A stretch of 64,000 nt of DNA from Craspedostauros australis (taxonomy: Eukaryota): the NCBI GenBank assembly GCA_030167865.1, contig JALAGF010003940.1, positions 1-64,000 on the forward strand. Direction: 5' to 3'. The notes below the pieces were generated by a model, which was not told where the DNA came from, searched no databases, and worked only from the letters and a program-made list of their open reading frames with translations. Shown one piece after another: positions 45,138-56,607 of the stretch; within the stretch, counting starts at the first letter, position 1, and each line of letters opens with the position of its first letter. Made by a program: the position numbers and the translations under genes.

Positions 45138-46709
45138 GCCACCAAGCGCAGTGCATGGGCATGGACATGGACATGGTCAGGGTTGGGCAGGGGCCGACAA
45201 CCCTATTTTATTCCATCATAAGCTAACCTGTTTTATCATTTAATATGATTTATTATTGCTTTGCAATACATACAAGCGCGATGCTGTATCAGCCATCACT
45301 CTCTTCGGCTCAAGTCGCATATGTTTGGTTCCCCAGACGATTCCGCAAGAGGGGCATCGGGCTACCAACATGGCTCCAAGAGTCAATGGGATGCCGCGGT
45401 TCCGTTTTCACTACCACTACCATTTCCATTTCATGTGTCCAAAAGCGGCAGCTCTTGGATTGGATCCAACCCAGTTGATCGCATTCAACACATCGCAGTC
45501 TCTGTCTCTACATATCCGCGCAGAGTTGGGGAGAGCAGCGGATGCGGTCCATGCCAAACACTCTGTTTGGAACGTGTGTGCCATCCAACAACATTATTGG
45601 GCGGTGTCACGGATAGCCTGTGGAAAGGCGAATGAATATACAGAAACGTTGTTACTTGTGGTTGTGGTTAAGTGCTTGCCCTCTTGTCACACAGGACACG
45701 TGCTCCTTCTCCGCCTTGTTGTTGCTGTTACTGATAGAGATCGGTATTGCTTTGCGTTTGTGGTGTTTGTTGGTTGTGGTTCCTTTCGGCGCTTCAAGTC
45801 CAGCGCGCGTCCGTTGATGGTTAGTTGTTGATTTTGCCGTGGTTGTTGTTCATGGTTGGTAGTTCTTGGTTGGTTGGTTGCATTGCGGATATGTCTCGCA
45901 TCTTGCGACTTGCGTTGCCTCATGGGCAAGGGCAAACGGTTGGTTGGTGTGATAGCCCGTTCAGCGCCGCTCGTCGTGCCGATTGCAGAGACCCCTGAAT
46001 CCGGAATGCTTGTTTTCGAATCTGAATTCGCGAACTCTCTCCTTGTCTGGAGAAGAAGAGTCGCATTGACTGTTAGGTTCTTTGTTTCGACGAAGCTGTC
46101 GAAGGTGGTCGGTTGTGTTGGTTGTTGGTTCATCATGGTCGAGTGAAAGAGGGAAAGGGAGTTTGCGATGGTCTTGTGTCTTGTGGATGGATGATGTGAT
46201 GTTCGAGGTCTCACCGTGGTCAGCGAGAAGGGGAATGCACCAAGAGAACTTGGGCAAACCCCCTCCCACTCTCATGAGCCCAAGCACGCACGCACGCATG
46301 CATACACACCACGCACAGCCGTCTGTTAAAAGGAAAGCATGGCATCCGGAATGCCATTGGCAAAGTTGCCTCGCCACGCTTTGTAGGACAGCGCTGGGGT
46401 GGATGTTGCAGTGTGGTGCATGTGAGCACATGCTCTCAAGGGGAGTTTGTTGTTTGGACACCTCGGACGCATCCTTGAATGTGCGACCATCGCATGTTCC
46501 TCTACCGCGTTCTTCTCGCCAAATCAGACCTCCAATCCTCTGCGATCGCCCAAACTGAAAGCTTGTCGTTGTGTTGGTTGCCTCTTGCTGCCGCTGTTCT
46601 TCTGGGTGCTGCTGTGATGGCGTAGCCGCACGTTCGCGGCGTGGACATGATTGGTATCCTGCTTTCGCGTCAGATCAGAGCATCAGAACGGCGGGCAAGC
46701 GGGACGCGC

Positions 46710-49081
46710 TTAGTATCGGTTGTCCTCCATGGCATCCACCCGCTCTCTTCCGTCTCCAGATCCAGCCTCGTGGCGGTTCCAGTCCCAGTCGAGGCTGCTG
46801 TGGTTGTTCGTGTAGCCCTGGCTTCGGAAGAGGTCGCGGAACATTCCTCGCAGGTAGGCGATGTTTGGCTTGGCCTCGAACTTGAGGGATCGGCAGTACG
46901 CCAGGTACTCGGCGAACTGCGATGGGCAGCCCTGGCACAGGGCTGGGATGGTGATGCTCTGCTTCTTCTCCATGATGAGCTTGTACTTCTTGGTGGCGGA
47001 CTTGGCCTTGAGTCCCTGCCATGGGAGTCCTCCCTTGAGGAAGTAGACGAGGACGTACCCGATGGACTCGAGATCGTCACGACGGGACTGCTCCACACCC
47101 AAGTGATTGTTGATGGATGCGTAACGTGGGGTTCCTGTCAGCGAACGTCCCTCGCGCTGTGGGATGTGCTGCAGTGTTCGGGGGTGACGGTATCGCTTGG
47201 AGAGACCGAAATCGATACAGTAGATGAAGTTGCCGTTTCCACGGCCACCGTCTGTCACGAAGTTAGCTGGCTTGATATCTCTGTGAATCAAGTGACGCGA
47301 ATGCATGAGCTCCACACGCTCGAGCATCTGATCGGCAACCATGAGAACGGTCTTGAGGGAGAATCGTCGTCCGCACTTGTTGAACTGGTCCTCGAGGGAT
47401 GGTCCGAGCAGATCCATGACCATGAGGTTGTAGGAGTCCTGTGTTCCGAAGTAGTGGACCTTGGCGAAACCTGGCGCATTCTGCAACTCACGGTACACCT
47501 TGTACTCGTGACGAAGCTGAGGGCATCGTGCTCCGTGCTTCTCGAACTTCACAGCGACCTGTCATTTGAAGTGTATTGTTGTGTGTTGGCATCATACGAG
47601 AGAGATAAACATAGATCAAATAGAGAACCAGAACGAGCGTGTGAGGTTTCCCGCGCTGGAGCTGTTGAGTGTGGATGTATGCATGGAAGGTAGACGCAGT
47701 GGGTGCGTGGTGGGCTTTGGAGCTGTTACAGGTCCCTGCTGGTTGTTGCGGGGGGACTTGGATTTGGGAACTGGTTGGAGTGACCTTGGTCATTGTCGAA
47801 ACATCATGAGGGACAAAAGCGCGCCATGGGGAAAGGCTGCTGTTTGCGCCGCTTCCAACAGTGTCGATCGACTCCTATTCGATCATGTTGACGCCGACAA
47901 GAAGGGAGCGGCGCATCGGGTGGTAGAAATGGACCGACCTGCATGCCAGGTGCTTTTGAACCGCAGGATGGACGCTGCGGTACCAAAGGTCGCCGATTGG
48001 GTTCTTCGCTGATCGTCGCAGCAGCTGCCGGGCCTCCGTGTGCGTATCCTGCTTCGACTGCAAGTAGACACACGAATGCCTTGTCGCCAAGACGGGTTGA
48101 CGTTGGCGAAGAGGTTCTGGGCACAATCACACGCAGAGATTGTCGCTTGATCGATGGGTCTGAGAGTGCCCACCGAACCTGATCGCGCTTGCGTCGTTGT
48201 GTCTCTTCGTAGTCGCTCCGAGTTGCGGGATGACCGCCTAGCCGTGTGCGACCTCGAGAGCAGACGCTGCGAAAGGGAGTGCACATGTGTCTGGCGCAAG
48301 CTGCTCAGTCGATGTCGCTGCCGTCGTTGTCCTTCGCTCGCTCCCTTTTGCACAAGCGTCACCATGGCCATGGAAAATCTGTATCTTTGTTTGTTGCTCT
48401 TGGCGATGCCAGCTCACGGAGTTTTTGACGGTCTGTTGTCCACACGACACAGCTGGCAAGCTCCTGGAGCAAGACGACAGCAGAGGCAGAGCACATACGA
48501 ACAAACCCCAAGCCTACAGCCGTCCAGAACAAGAATCTAGTTGCAAGTCTACGCACCTTTTCGCCGTTGGCGCCGACACCAAGGTAGATGTCTCCGAAGG
48601 AACCTCCTCCGACACGCTTGGTGATGCGGTATTTCTGTTGTGATCAGTCGTGCCCAAATGCAGCAACAGATACGGAAGAAGGCGTGTGCCGATGCAGACA
48701 AGTAGAGTGTGACGAGTGAATGGAGGGATATGGGTGGGCATGTCGGTGTGAGTTTGAGGGAGTGCGTGGGGTGTTGTTGCTGATGATGAAGCGAGATTAC
48801 TCAAGTCCGTTGCTGATGTCCTTGCTGCTGCTCTTGTTGCTTTTCGTGCCCGCTTGCAGATTCCTGCCTCGCAAAACACGCGCAGAGCCGCGCAAAAAGG
48901 CAGCAACAACGCTCCGCGCAAAAGCCACCGTCTTTGTCGTCGGCTTTGTTCGCGCCTTTGTCAAACACGGCAAACAATCTCCGTTCCAAAACAAATCCAC
49001 GCCATGGTCGGCGCAAACGCTGCACAGTTATCGCCGTCGGTGTCGTTGTCGTCGTGGACGTACAGAGATGGATGATTGCAT
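46710..49081 (-). CDS. CK1: Casein kinase I; exons 49081-49064 (tentative), 48634-48557 and 47558-46710
   Basis: Spliced product MQSSIS|KYRITKRVGGGSFGDIYLGVGANGEK|VAVKFEK...HRDIKPANF...IDFGLSK...LTGTPRYASINNHLGVEQSRRDDLES. Both introns are phase-0 GT-AG. The first exon is less certain. Confidence 0.93.
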
Positions 49082-50223
49082 CTTGTCGGTCTGTGTTGTT
49101 GGATGATGCTTTGGGTTGTGTTGCAAGTGTGCTGAGTGGGGAGGTGGATGCCTTCTTTGCTCCTCCTTCCTTGTCCTCTTTTTTTGGGGGTCCTGTCCGT
49201 CTGTGTCTGTGGCTGTGTTGTCTGCCCCTTGCTTTTCTCTGTTCGTCGGATTGTGTCCTCGCACAGATCTACGTGCAAACAAGCAAGCGACGCAAAAAAC
49301 TCTCCAACAGCGAAAGAGTGCACAGTTGTGCGTGTTGCTGTTTTTTCTGCGTGCTTTGTCATACACGCAGAAAAGACGTGCAACTGCACGCAGATGTCAC
49401 CTTTTCGCGATGACACACACAGGCACAAGTCCGCGTTACTGGGCAAAAACTCTGCTTTGAAAACACTGCATGCAAGGAAGGATCGGGCGGTCTTTTGGGC
49501 GCAGTGTCCCTTCCAGGTTTGGGCGAGAGACGCTTGACGATTGGTTGTGGGTGTCTGCTCTGTGTGACAGCTAATTTTATCCTTATTCCGATACTAATCG
49601 TAAAAGTGCGACATCCGGTGTTCTCAACAGAGCCAGAAGGCTGCATCGCCAAAGACCGCATCTACGCAGCAAGACAACCCGGATTTCGCTAAAACGATTC
49701 AAGATAATTTTCATTGTCCAATGCACGTCTTCTATTTGTCGCAAATGACGTCACGTCCTGTTTTCTTTCGGGTTCGATCTCCTTCATCTTCGCCAAACGG
49801 TCTCCGAGACATGCCATTCCCTTTCGCGGTCACAATCCCCTGTTTAGGAATCTGAAACGGATTCTTCGCCCCCGAATTAGTATCGGCTCTGCGTCTGTCA
49901 TGTGTACGCAAAGCAGGCGACCTGGCGAATCTGCTCAAAACAACCAACAAACCAAACGAACCAACAAACAACCGCCAAACCAGAGAGAAATGCGAAAAAA
50001 TGAACTCGACCATGGCGCTTGTCTGGTGGGATGGCGAACGGCATCTCTGATCGTCGTGGATGAGTGCTCGCGGAGTACCAATACCAGCTACTTGCGGAGT
50101 ATCTGTCTTGGAAGCAAGCCAATGAAATCAACTTTCGACTCCACCAAACACACCCAGTGCATTATTCAGCGTCATCAACAACGAGGATAGCGATAGCTGG
50201 AGGCACAACCGCGTGGAAACACG

Positions 50224-52008
50224 ATGAGGGAGATACCCAAGCTGCAGACTTTGTGCTTGCGCGTCGTGGGTTCGCAGGCATGCAGCGCGGAGAAGACGTT
50301 CGCGCGCAAGGCAGATGGCACCCTGAGTTCGGCATCCAAGCTCCTGCGCAGCTTCCACAAACGGCCATGTCCACGCAATCAGCTCAGGTCCAAAGTGACA
50401 TCATCAGACGGCAATGCCGAGCATGGTGAAAGTTTTGGTTACGGCAATGAAATTGATGTTGGAAATGAGGGGGGCAATGGCGACGATAGCCATCGCAATC
50501 AAGATGGCGCATCTGCATCTGCCAATCAAGGTCCTTCAATGAAACAGGAATCGTCGTCGTCACCAGCAACATCTTCCGCAACATCTGCTACATCACCAGC
50601 GGATCAGGTCATGATGAACCGCACTCCTTGCATCGGAAAAGGATCCGCACGACGCGAGCAGGCCAACGAGGTGGATTTGAACCATCCCATCATCGGAACG
50701 CGCTTCATTCCCAACTACGACGCCATCGATCCGGAAGTCCGGGAATTGAACCAATCCAACATTCCATCCCAGAATGGCGGCAGCAACAGCAGCAGCAACA
50801 GCAAGGACCACACCCTCGTCATGGAGTACGGCAACCCGGTCCTCGATTGCTTGCAATCCTTCATCGATTCGTTGGTGGAATTGGGACGCATGGACGATGC
50901 GAGGCTGGGCGTCAACTTCTGCAAGGAGTGGAAGGCCAACGTCATGCTGGCGCATGGTCACAAGCTTCCGCTGCGATTGGCGGGCGTCGTCGAGGAGACG
51001 GAAGACAGCAAGGGTGGAAAGAAAAAGAGCAAAGCCCAGGCCGCAGCCAGCGCCTTGTCGCGGCCCATTCGCAAGAAGAGACGCAGAACCCCAACGGGAA
51101 CGGACGCCACGCCCTCTTCACCTGCCAACATGGGCGGCATCAGCAACAACGCCATGGTCACGTCGCCGATATCGCCTGACAAGAAGGACGACTCCAGCCG
51201 CATCGAGGACATCGATGCCAAGGGTGCCTTCGGTGCTTTGTCGTTGCACAACTGCACGCTGCAACGCGACACCATCAATGCCATGGTCGCCAGCGGGATG
51301 GGCATCAACCTCACCGTCATCGACTTCAGCGGCGTCCAGGGCCTCAGCGATGACATGATGAACCACCTGCTGCCCCACTGCTCCAACCTGCGTCGCCTAT
51401 CCATCAAGAATTGTCGCAGACTCACGAAGGAGAGCATCGCGTTGATGGGCATCTACCAAACCCAACTGCAGTGCCTGGACATCGGCGGGTCCTACAACAT
51501 CCTCCCGGTCGATCTCATCAACCTCTGCGTCGCCACGCTGCCGCGCATGGAGGAACTGCACGCCAGCGGGTTGGCCTGGACCAACCCGCTGGTGCATCGG
51601 CTGTGCGGTCTGCACCCCTGGAAGGCGCTGAGCCTGGGTTTCACGCAATTCCTCACGGCGGGACCCTTGCGCGATGCCCTGCTGCAGGTCGCCAGCTCCC
51701 TGCAATCCATCTCGCTGCCGTTCTGCGAGAAGCTCGTCGACAATGCGTTGATGGGCGTGCTGGGGCGCAATCTGCCGCACGTCGTTTGCTTGGATGTGCG
51801 CGGCAACAGCAATCTGAATTCTCTGACGGGATGGTACGATGGACGTGCCTCGGCGACCATGAAACCGCAAGCCTTGTCAGTGCTGGCGCGGTATTCCAGC
51901 ATCACGAAGCAGTCGGTGGAAGAGACGAAGCGCATCCATCCCATCGAGACATCGACGTTGATATGCTCGTTGGATGGGACCGGCATAGGGATTGGGGTGT
52001 TGCGGTGA
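50224..52008 (+). CDS. Leucine-rich-repeat protein (cysteine-containing, F-box/AMN1-type LRRs)
   Basis: 594-aa ORF with LTVIDFSGVQGLSD, LRRLSIKNCRRLT, LQCLDIGGSYNI, LQSISLPFCEKLVD and LDVRGNSNL. Basic NLS-like RKKRRR. N-terminal IPKLQTLCL is BC-box-like. Confidence 0.82.
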   Translation: MREIPKLQTLCLRVVGSQACSAEKTFARKADGTLSSASKLLRSFHKRPCPRNQLRSKVTSSDGNAEHGESFGYGNEIDVGNEGGNGDDSHRNQDGASASANQGPSMKQESSSSPATSSATSATSPADQVMMNRTPCIGKGSARREQANEVDLNHPIIGTRFIPNYDAIDPEVRELNQSNIPSQNGGSNSSSNSKDHTLVMEYGNPVLDCLQSFIDSLVELGRMDDARLGVNFCKEWKANVMLAHGHKLPLRLAGVVEETEDSKGGKKKSKAQAAASALSRPIRKKRRRTPTGTDATPSSPANMGGISNNAMVTSPISPDKKDDSSRIEDIDAKGAFGALSLHNCTLQRDTINAMVASGMGINLTVIDFSGVQGLSDDMMNHLLPHCSNLRRLSIKNCRRLTKESIALMGIYQTQLQCLDIGGSYNILPVDLINLCVATLPRMEELHASGLAWTNPLVHRLCGLHPWKALSLGFTQFLTAGPLRDALLQVASSLQSISLPFCEKLVDNALMGVLGRNLPHVVCLDVRGNSNLNSLTGWYDGRASATMKPQALSVLARYSSITKQSVEETKRIHPIETSTLICSLDGTGIGIGVLR

Positions 52009-52654
52009 GACACATATGTACTGGAATATAACATAATACAACAATACTCTCTCTCTCTGTCTGTCTCTGTCCAGAGAGAAATAGTAGAATAGTATCATAC
52101 TACCCATGGCAGACATAACGATGCGCGCTCGCAGCTCAGTCCCAGGAGTTCCTTTGGTCCATTGGATGAGACTACTCCAGGCCGCATGACGGCTGGCCAT
52201 CGCCCTTCCGTGAAGCATTGCTTGTTTGTACTCAATGATAGTCCGCAAAGTACAACACGATCCAGGGCGTACAATCCATCATCACTGGCTGATGACGTTG
52301 TCGTGAGCACATGAGTCACGTTCCCTACCAACCAACCAAAGAAATGATTTTATCGACGTCACGTTCCCGTGAGAAGCCCAAGATTCGATTGCGTGGTTCG
52401 TTGCTTCGATCCACGCGCCTCGTCACTCGAAAGGGAGAACCGGGCCAAGACGATGCGCTTCCACAAGGGCTCACATTTCTCCCGGCGTGCACTTTCACAA
52501 TAATATTGTATTAAAATAATATTACAACAAGAGTAAACAAGCTCGATGATCACACTCGCTGTCTCCATTAGCACATAAAATAAACCAGACGAAAGGCATT
52601 GCCTTCAACACCAAGAGCACCAACGTCACAAAAAGCATAATCACAACCACCAAG

Positions 52655-54979
52655 ATGATGAATCTTCGTCATCCTTTGGCACTGCAATTGGCCCTCATCC
52701 TTGCGGGCCGGTTGTGCTTCTCTGCCCGTACTGCACAGGCAGCCGCGTGGATGCCTGCGTCCACCCAACACAGACTTCGAATCCAACCTTTCGACACTGC
52801 ACCGCGTCAGACAACCACAACGCACGGCTCGACAGTTGAAGCCATTCCCACCATCGCCACCATCACTACACTCACACCTGCAAACGATCCCATTGCTCAC
52901 GACCCCATTGCTCACGACCACCACAATTCGCCCTACGAGTACAGCGCGGAAGTCGTCGGAGGAGGACGATTCGGTTCCTTCTGGTCGTGCTACGGCACCC
53001 CTGATACCGACGAGGACTTGGGCATGGGCCTGCCCATCGTTACGCCGCGTGGCGTCGCTCCCGGTTCTCAAACGGCCCCAGGATGCCCCATCTACGTTGC
53101 CACACCCGGAGGCGACGCATGGGAAGATGTCTACGCAAACACGGACGCGTCGAGACGCGAGGATCTCGTGTTGCTGGGCAACGGGATCGCACCGTGGAAG
53201 TTCGCCGACGCCACCGTTTGCATCCCGCATTACGCGGTCGTGCAGATTTGCAACACGACGTCGCATCAACATTACGGCGTGGGCCATGAGCAGTACATGG
53301 TCGGGACCAGCCCGGTCTCGCCGCCGACCTACGTCTACGGCAAACACGCTGACGCTGTCAGTGCCGTGCTCAATCGCCATGGCGTTCGGACAGAATCCAT
53401 TCAGTGCTTCGATGACGTGCGCGTGGCCGCCGCGGTCAAGCTCATGTGGGCATCCCTCTTGTGGATATTCTGCCACCTCACGACGCCCTCTTGCACCATC
53501 GGCGAGGCTCATGAAATCCATCGTGATCAGATCGAGCAGGTCGTGGAGGAGCTCCTTCCTGCTCTCGATCTCTGGCATCGACTTCGCTCGGAGGAAGACG
53601 GTGACGGTGACGAAGGCAGCGACAACCAAGTGCAAAGCAAGGAGGCCATCATTTCCTACCTTGAGGCATATTCCAAGTCAGTTGGCAGCGCAGTGCAGAA
53701 ACTGGATCTGGATGCGGTGGAGATTGCATCGCGCAACGGATTCTGGTTGAAACACCAGGCGCTGCTGCAGGAGGAGGCTCGTAAGAATGGCGATTCAAGC
53801 GTGAAGGATGTCCGTCAGACTCTCCACTTCCAGCTTGTCGAGCAGGTGGCCGGAAAGGAAAAGACCGATCTGATCATGAAAGAAATCGGCCTGGATGCCG
53901 ACAGCGCAAACAACAACGATGCCATCGCCACAGCCGTCCACGACACCCCCTCTCGGATGGTGAAGCTGCCAGGCACACAGTTGCGGTTGTCAGCAACATC
54001 AACTCCAGAAGCAGAACATACCAACGGTGATAGTCCACAACAGGATTCGCATCCTACACCACGGAACATTGTCGTCGTTGGTGGCGGCATCATGGGAGCT
54101 TCTGTTGCCATGCAGCTGGCTCGGTTGACCGCGACTGCAGAAGCCGGAACCAACTCCATCGGCAACGTGCGCAAGACCACGATCACAGTCGTCGACCTTG
54201 CACCAACCACGCAGGACCACGCCACGGTCGGACGCCCCACACGCGCATGGCTCCATGCCAGCGGCAAGACCACCAAGCACTACCAGCGGATGAACCAGTG
54301 GGGATTGCAATCCTGGAAGGAAGATCCGGCGCTGCGCAAGCTGCCATCGTGGACCGGCAGTCTCGCCCGATTTGCAACCCCCAACGATGACCAGACCGAT
54401 GCGGATGGCTCCTCCGCTGGCCCTTTGCCAGCATTCCTCACGGATGGTGGATACGCCGTCGAAGGCCCGCTGACAAAGGAACGGTTGCGAGAACTGAAAC
54501 CAATCGCGGACTGGAACATGTCAGGACAACAGGAAGTCTCTGCCACAGACGAGACAGACGTCTACTACTTCGCCGACGAAGGTACCGTCGACCCAGATGC
54601 GGCCGCTCGAACGTGCCGCGACGAGGCCGAATCCTTGGGCGTCGTCTTCCTGAAGAATTGCGACGCCACAGGATTGGTGTGGAGCGACCGCATCGAAGGC
54701 GTGCAGTGCGGACCCTACGATCGCGTGCTGCCAGCTGATGTGGTCGTCGTGGCCGGTGACGCGGCTGGTGCCCTCGGCGATCTCCCTCAGGATGGATTGC
54801 CCGTCGTCGGCTACTTGTCCAATGCAGATGGCTCCGGGAACAGCGGCGTGTATTCGTTGGTGAACCATTCCGGCGTGACGCTAGGTCCGTTGTTGGGTTC
54901 CATGGCCGCCGTCGAAATCCTGCGCAACGTCCAACTGGATGTCCTGAAAAAGTACCGGCCATCGCGCTTTGGCAAATAA
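52655..54979 (+). CDS. Fusion of a ketopantoate-reductase-like Rossmann domain and a FAD-dependent oxidoreductase (DAO family), with signal peptide
   Basis: N-half: VVGGGRFGS, PIYVATP, RREDLVLLGNG, KLMWAS. C-half: NIVVVGGGIMGASVAMQLA, DEGTVDP, ADVVVVAG, DGLPVVG, HSGVTLGPLLG. N-terminus LALQLALILAG...AAA|W. Confidence 0.78.
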   Translation: MMNLRHPLALQLALILAGRLCFSARTAQAAAWMPASTQHRLRIQPFDTAPRQTTTTHGSTVEAIPTIATITTLTPANDPIAHDPIAHDHHNSPYEYSAEVVGGGRFGSFWSCYGTPDTDEDLGMGLPIVTPRGVAPGSQTAPGCPIYVATPGGDAWEDVYANTDASRREDLVLLGNGIAPWKFADATVCIPHYAVVQICNTTSHQHYGVGHEQYMVGTSPVSPPTYVYGKHADAVSAVLNRHGVRTESIQCFDDVRVAAAVKLMWASLLWIFCHLTTPSCTIGEAHEIHRDQIEQVVEELLPALDLWHRLRSEEDGDGDEGSDNQVQSKEAIISYLEAYSKSVGSAVQKLDLDAVEIASRNGFWLKHQALLQEEARKNGDSSVKDVRQTLHFQLVEQVAGKEKTDLIMKEIGLDADSANNNDAIATAVHDTPSRMVKLPGTQLRLSATSTPEAEHTNGDSPQQDSHPTPRNIVVVGGGIMGASVAMQLARLTATAEAGTNSIGNVRKTTITVVDLAPTTQDHATVGRPTRAWLHASGKTTKHYQRMNQWGLQSWKEDPALRKLPSWTGSLARFATPNDDQTDADGSSAGPLPAFLTDGGYAVEGPLTKERLRELKPIADWNMSGQQEVSATDETDVYYFADEGTVDPDAAARTCRDEAESLGVVFLKNCDATGLVWSDRIEGVQCGPYDRVLPADVVVVAGDAAGALGDLPQDGLPVVGYLSNADGSGNSGVYSLVNHSGVTLGPLLGSMAAVEILRNVQLDVLKKYRPSRFGK

Positions 54980-55278
54980 TGACATGGATGGTGCTGCAGA
55001 GTGTGTCGTAAAGTATTATTACGCTACAATAAAAAATAGAGTGAAGTATGCATGTTATGTCATTTCTGTAGAGTTGAATGAAATGAGCCAATGGTATTGC
55101 GGATGGAGGCTGTTGCGAAGAAAAGAAGTACAGAAATTGAAATTTGCTATTTTACTGTGCGTGGCATCGCGAGGGCGGCGCTGGCGTGCCGGATGGTGCG
55201 GCTACACCATGTTGAAAACAATTGTGGCAATATGATATATGTATGCGAAGGTACGCGACTGGACTATCCCCGTGGTTT

Positions 55279-56607
55279 TTATACGGATGGATTGGTTTGA
55301 CCATCGTCGCCCTCCATGATGTCATCGACGGCATTCTGCAGCTCCCTCATTTCCTCCTCGCTGAGCGCTTCCGGATCCTTGATCTGTCCGTTGATGGGTC
55401 CCACAGGGTATCCCATCTGCGTGGGACCTCCGCTGAGGCTTGGGGCGTAACCGTCCAGGGAGTAACCGTAGGAATCCATGGAGATCATGCTGGCGGCGTC
55501 GTTCGGCGCGGAGTCGTTGGTGGTGGGCGTGTAGCGCTTGGTTGGTTGTATCCCCGTGCTCTGGTTGTAGTAGGCCGTGAGGCTGGTGGAGATGTCCTCC
55601 GAGATGACGGACTCCGGGTAGTCCGCCGTGGGGCGGATCTCGCGCGGTGGTTCCGCCGTCTGGTCATCCGCGACGGGCAGTCCGATCTGATCCGTGGCGC
55701 TGACCTTCGGCTTGGAGGGTGATCTGCCATCGAGGTCGTCGGTTTCGCTGCGCGTTCCGGAGCTGGTCTTGTTGTTGCTTCCGTCGCTGCTTCTGTTGCG
55801 GCCGCGCGCTGCGACGAAATCATCCTGACGTCGCTGGTCGGAGCGGTAGGCCCAGAGCACGGCGAAGAGGAGGAGGGCGAAGGCGAGGCAGGCAACGACG
55901 ATGGCGATGATGATGATCATTTCGAGGTTGTCAGAATCGGAGGCTGGTTCGGATGTATCGTTGTCGCCGCCGTTGGCAGGAGTGATGAAGGCTCGCACGT
56001 CCACGACGGCTGGGCCCAGGCCGGTGTCGAGCGATGCGGCCTGCAGCAGGGACAGCAGCTGCGAGTCGTCGAGGAAGGTGGCGCGCTGGATGACCTCGAC
56101 GAGCTTGGGATCCACGGGGTCCGCGTTGTCCTTGCGATTCCAGAGGGTGGCGCCGGTGAAGGAGGCCACGTAGAGCTTGGCCCTGTCGGAGCCATCGCCC
56201 TGGAGTCTTCGCTGCGCATCGCTGTGGCGGTCGCTGTGGCGCAACCTCCTCCTGGAGGCGACGGGCTTGTCCAAGGCGACGGCCTGGAACTCCACCTCGT
56301 CGGGGGAGATCTGGTTCTTCGCCTTGGCCCTGAAGCTGTCATCCATCCAGTCGCTGACGATGTCGCCCAGCGTGATGATGCTGACATCGTCCCTGTCCGA
56401 CGTGATGGCCAGCTGCACATCGAAGGGGACCAGGTCCACCAGCGCTGTGCGCACTCTGCCGCTCTGCAGGTCCCGCGTGGCCGTCTGGCTCTCCACGTTG
56501 GTTTCGACATTGGTTTCAACGTTGGCGTTCGCATGTGATGCGGCGCTGCTCATTGACGGAGCAACGGCAACCGCCAGCAAAGAGGTCATCCAGCTGCGAA
56601 TCTGCAT
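55279..56607 (-). CDS. Secretory single-pass membrane protein with RxL motifs (diatom-type)
   Basis: Signal MQIRSWMTSLLAVAVAP, motifs RDLQ, RRRLR and RRLQ, TM IIIIAIVVACLAFALLLFAVLWAY, and a Ser/Asp/Tyr-rich cytosolic tail. Confidence 0.82.
   Translation of the reverse strand: MQIRSWMTSLLAVAVAPSMSSAASHANANVETNVETNVESQTATRDLQSGRVRTALVDLVPFDVQLAITSDRDDVSIITLGDIVSDWMDDSFRAKAKNQISPDEVEFQAVALDKPVASRRRLRHSDRHSDAQRRLQGDGSDRAKLYVASFTGATLWNRKDNADPVDPKLVEVIQRATFLDDSQLLSLLQAASLDTGLGPAVVDVRAFITPANGGDNDTSEPASDSDNLEMIIIIAIVVACLAFALLLFAVLWAYRSDQRRQDDFVAARGRNRSSDGSNNKTSSGTRSETDDLDGRSPSKPKVSATDQIGLPVADDQTAEPPREIRPTADYPESVISEDISTSLTAYYNQSTGIQPTKRYTPTTNDSAPNDAASMISMDSYGYSLDGYAPSLSGGPTQMGYPVGPINGQIKDPEALSEEEMRELQNAVDDIMEGDDGQTNPSV

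Noticed and set aside
52568-53750. 355-aa minus-strand and 349-aa plus-strand ORFs
   Set aside because: They overlap the better-supported 774-aa oxidoreductase fusion and carry no motifs.
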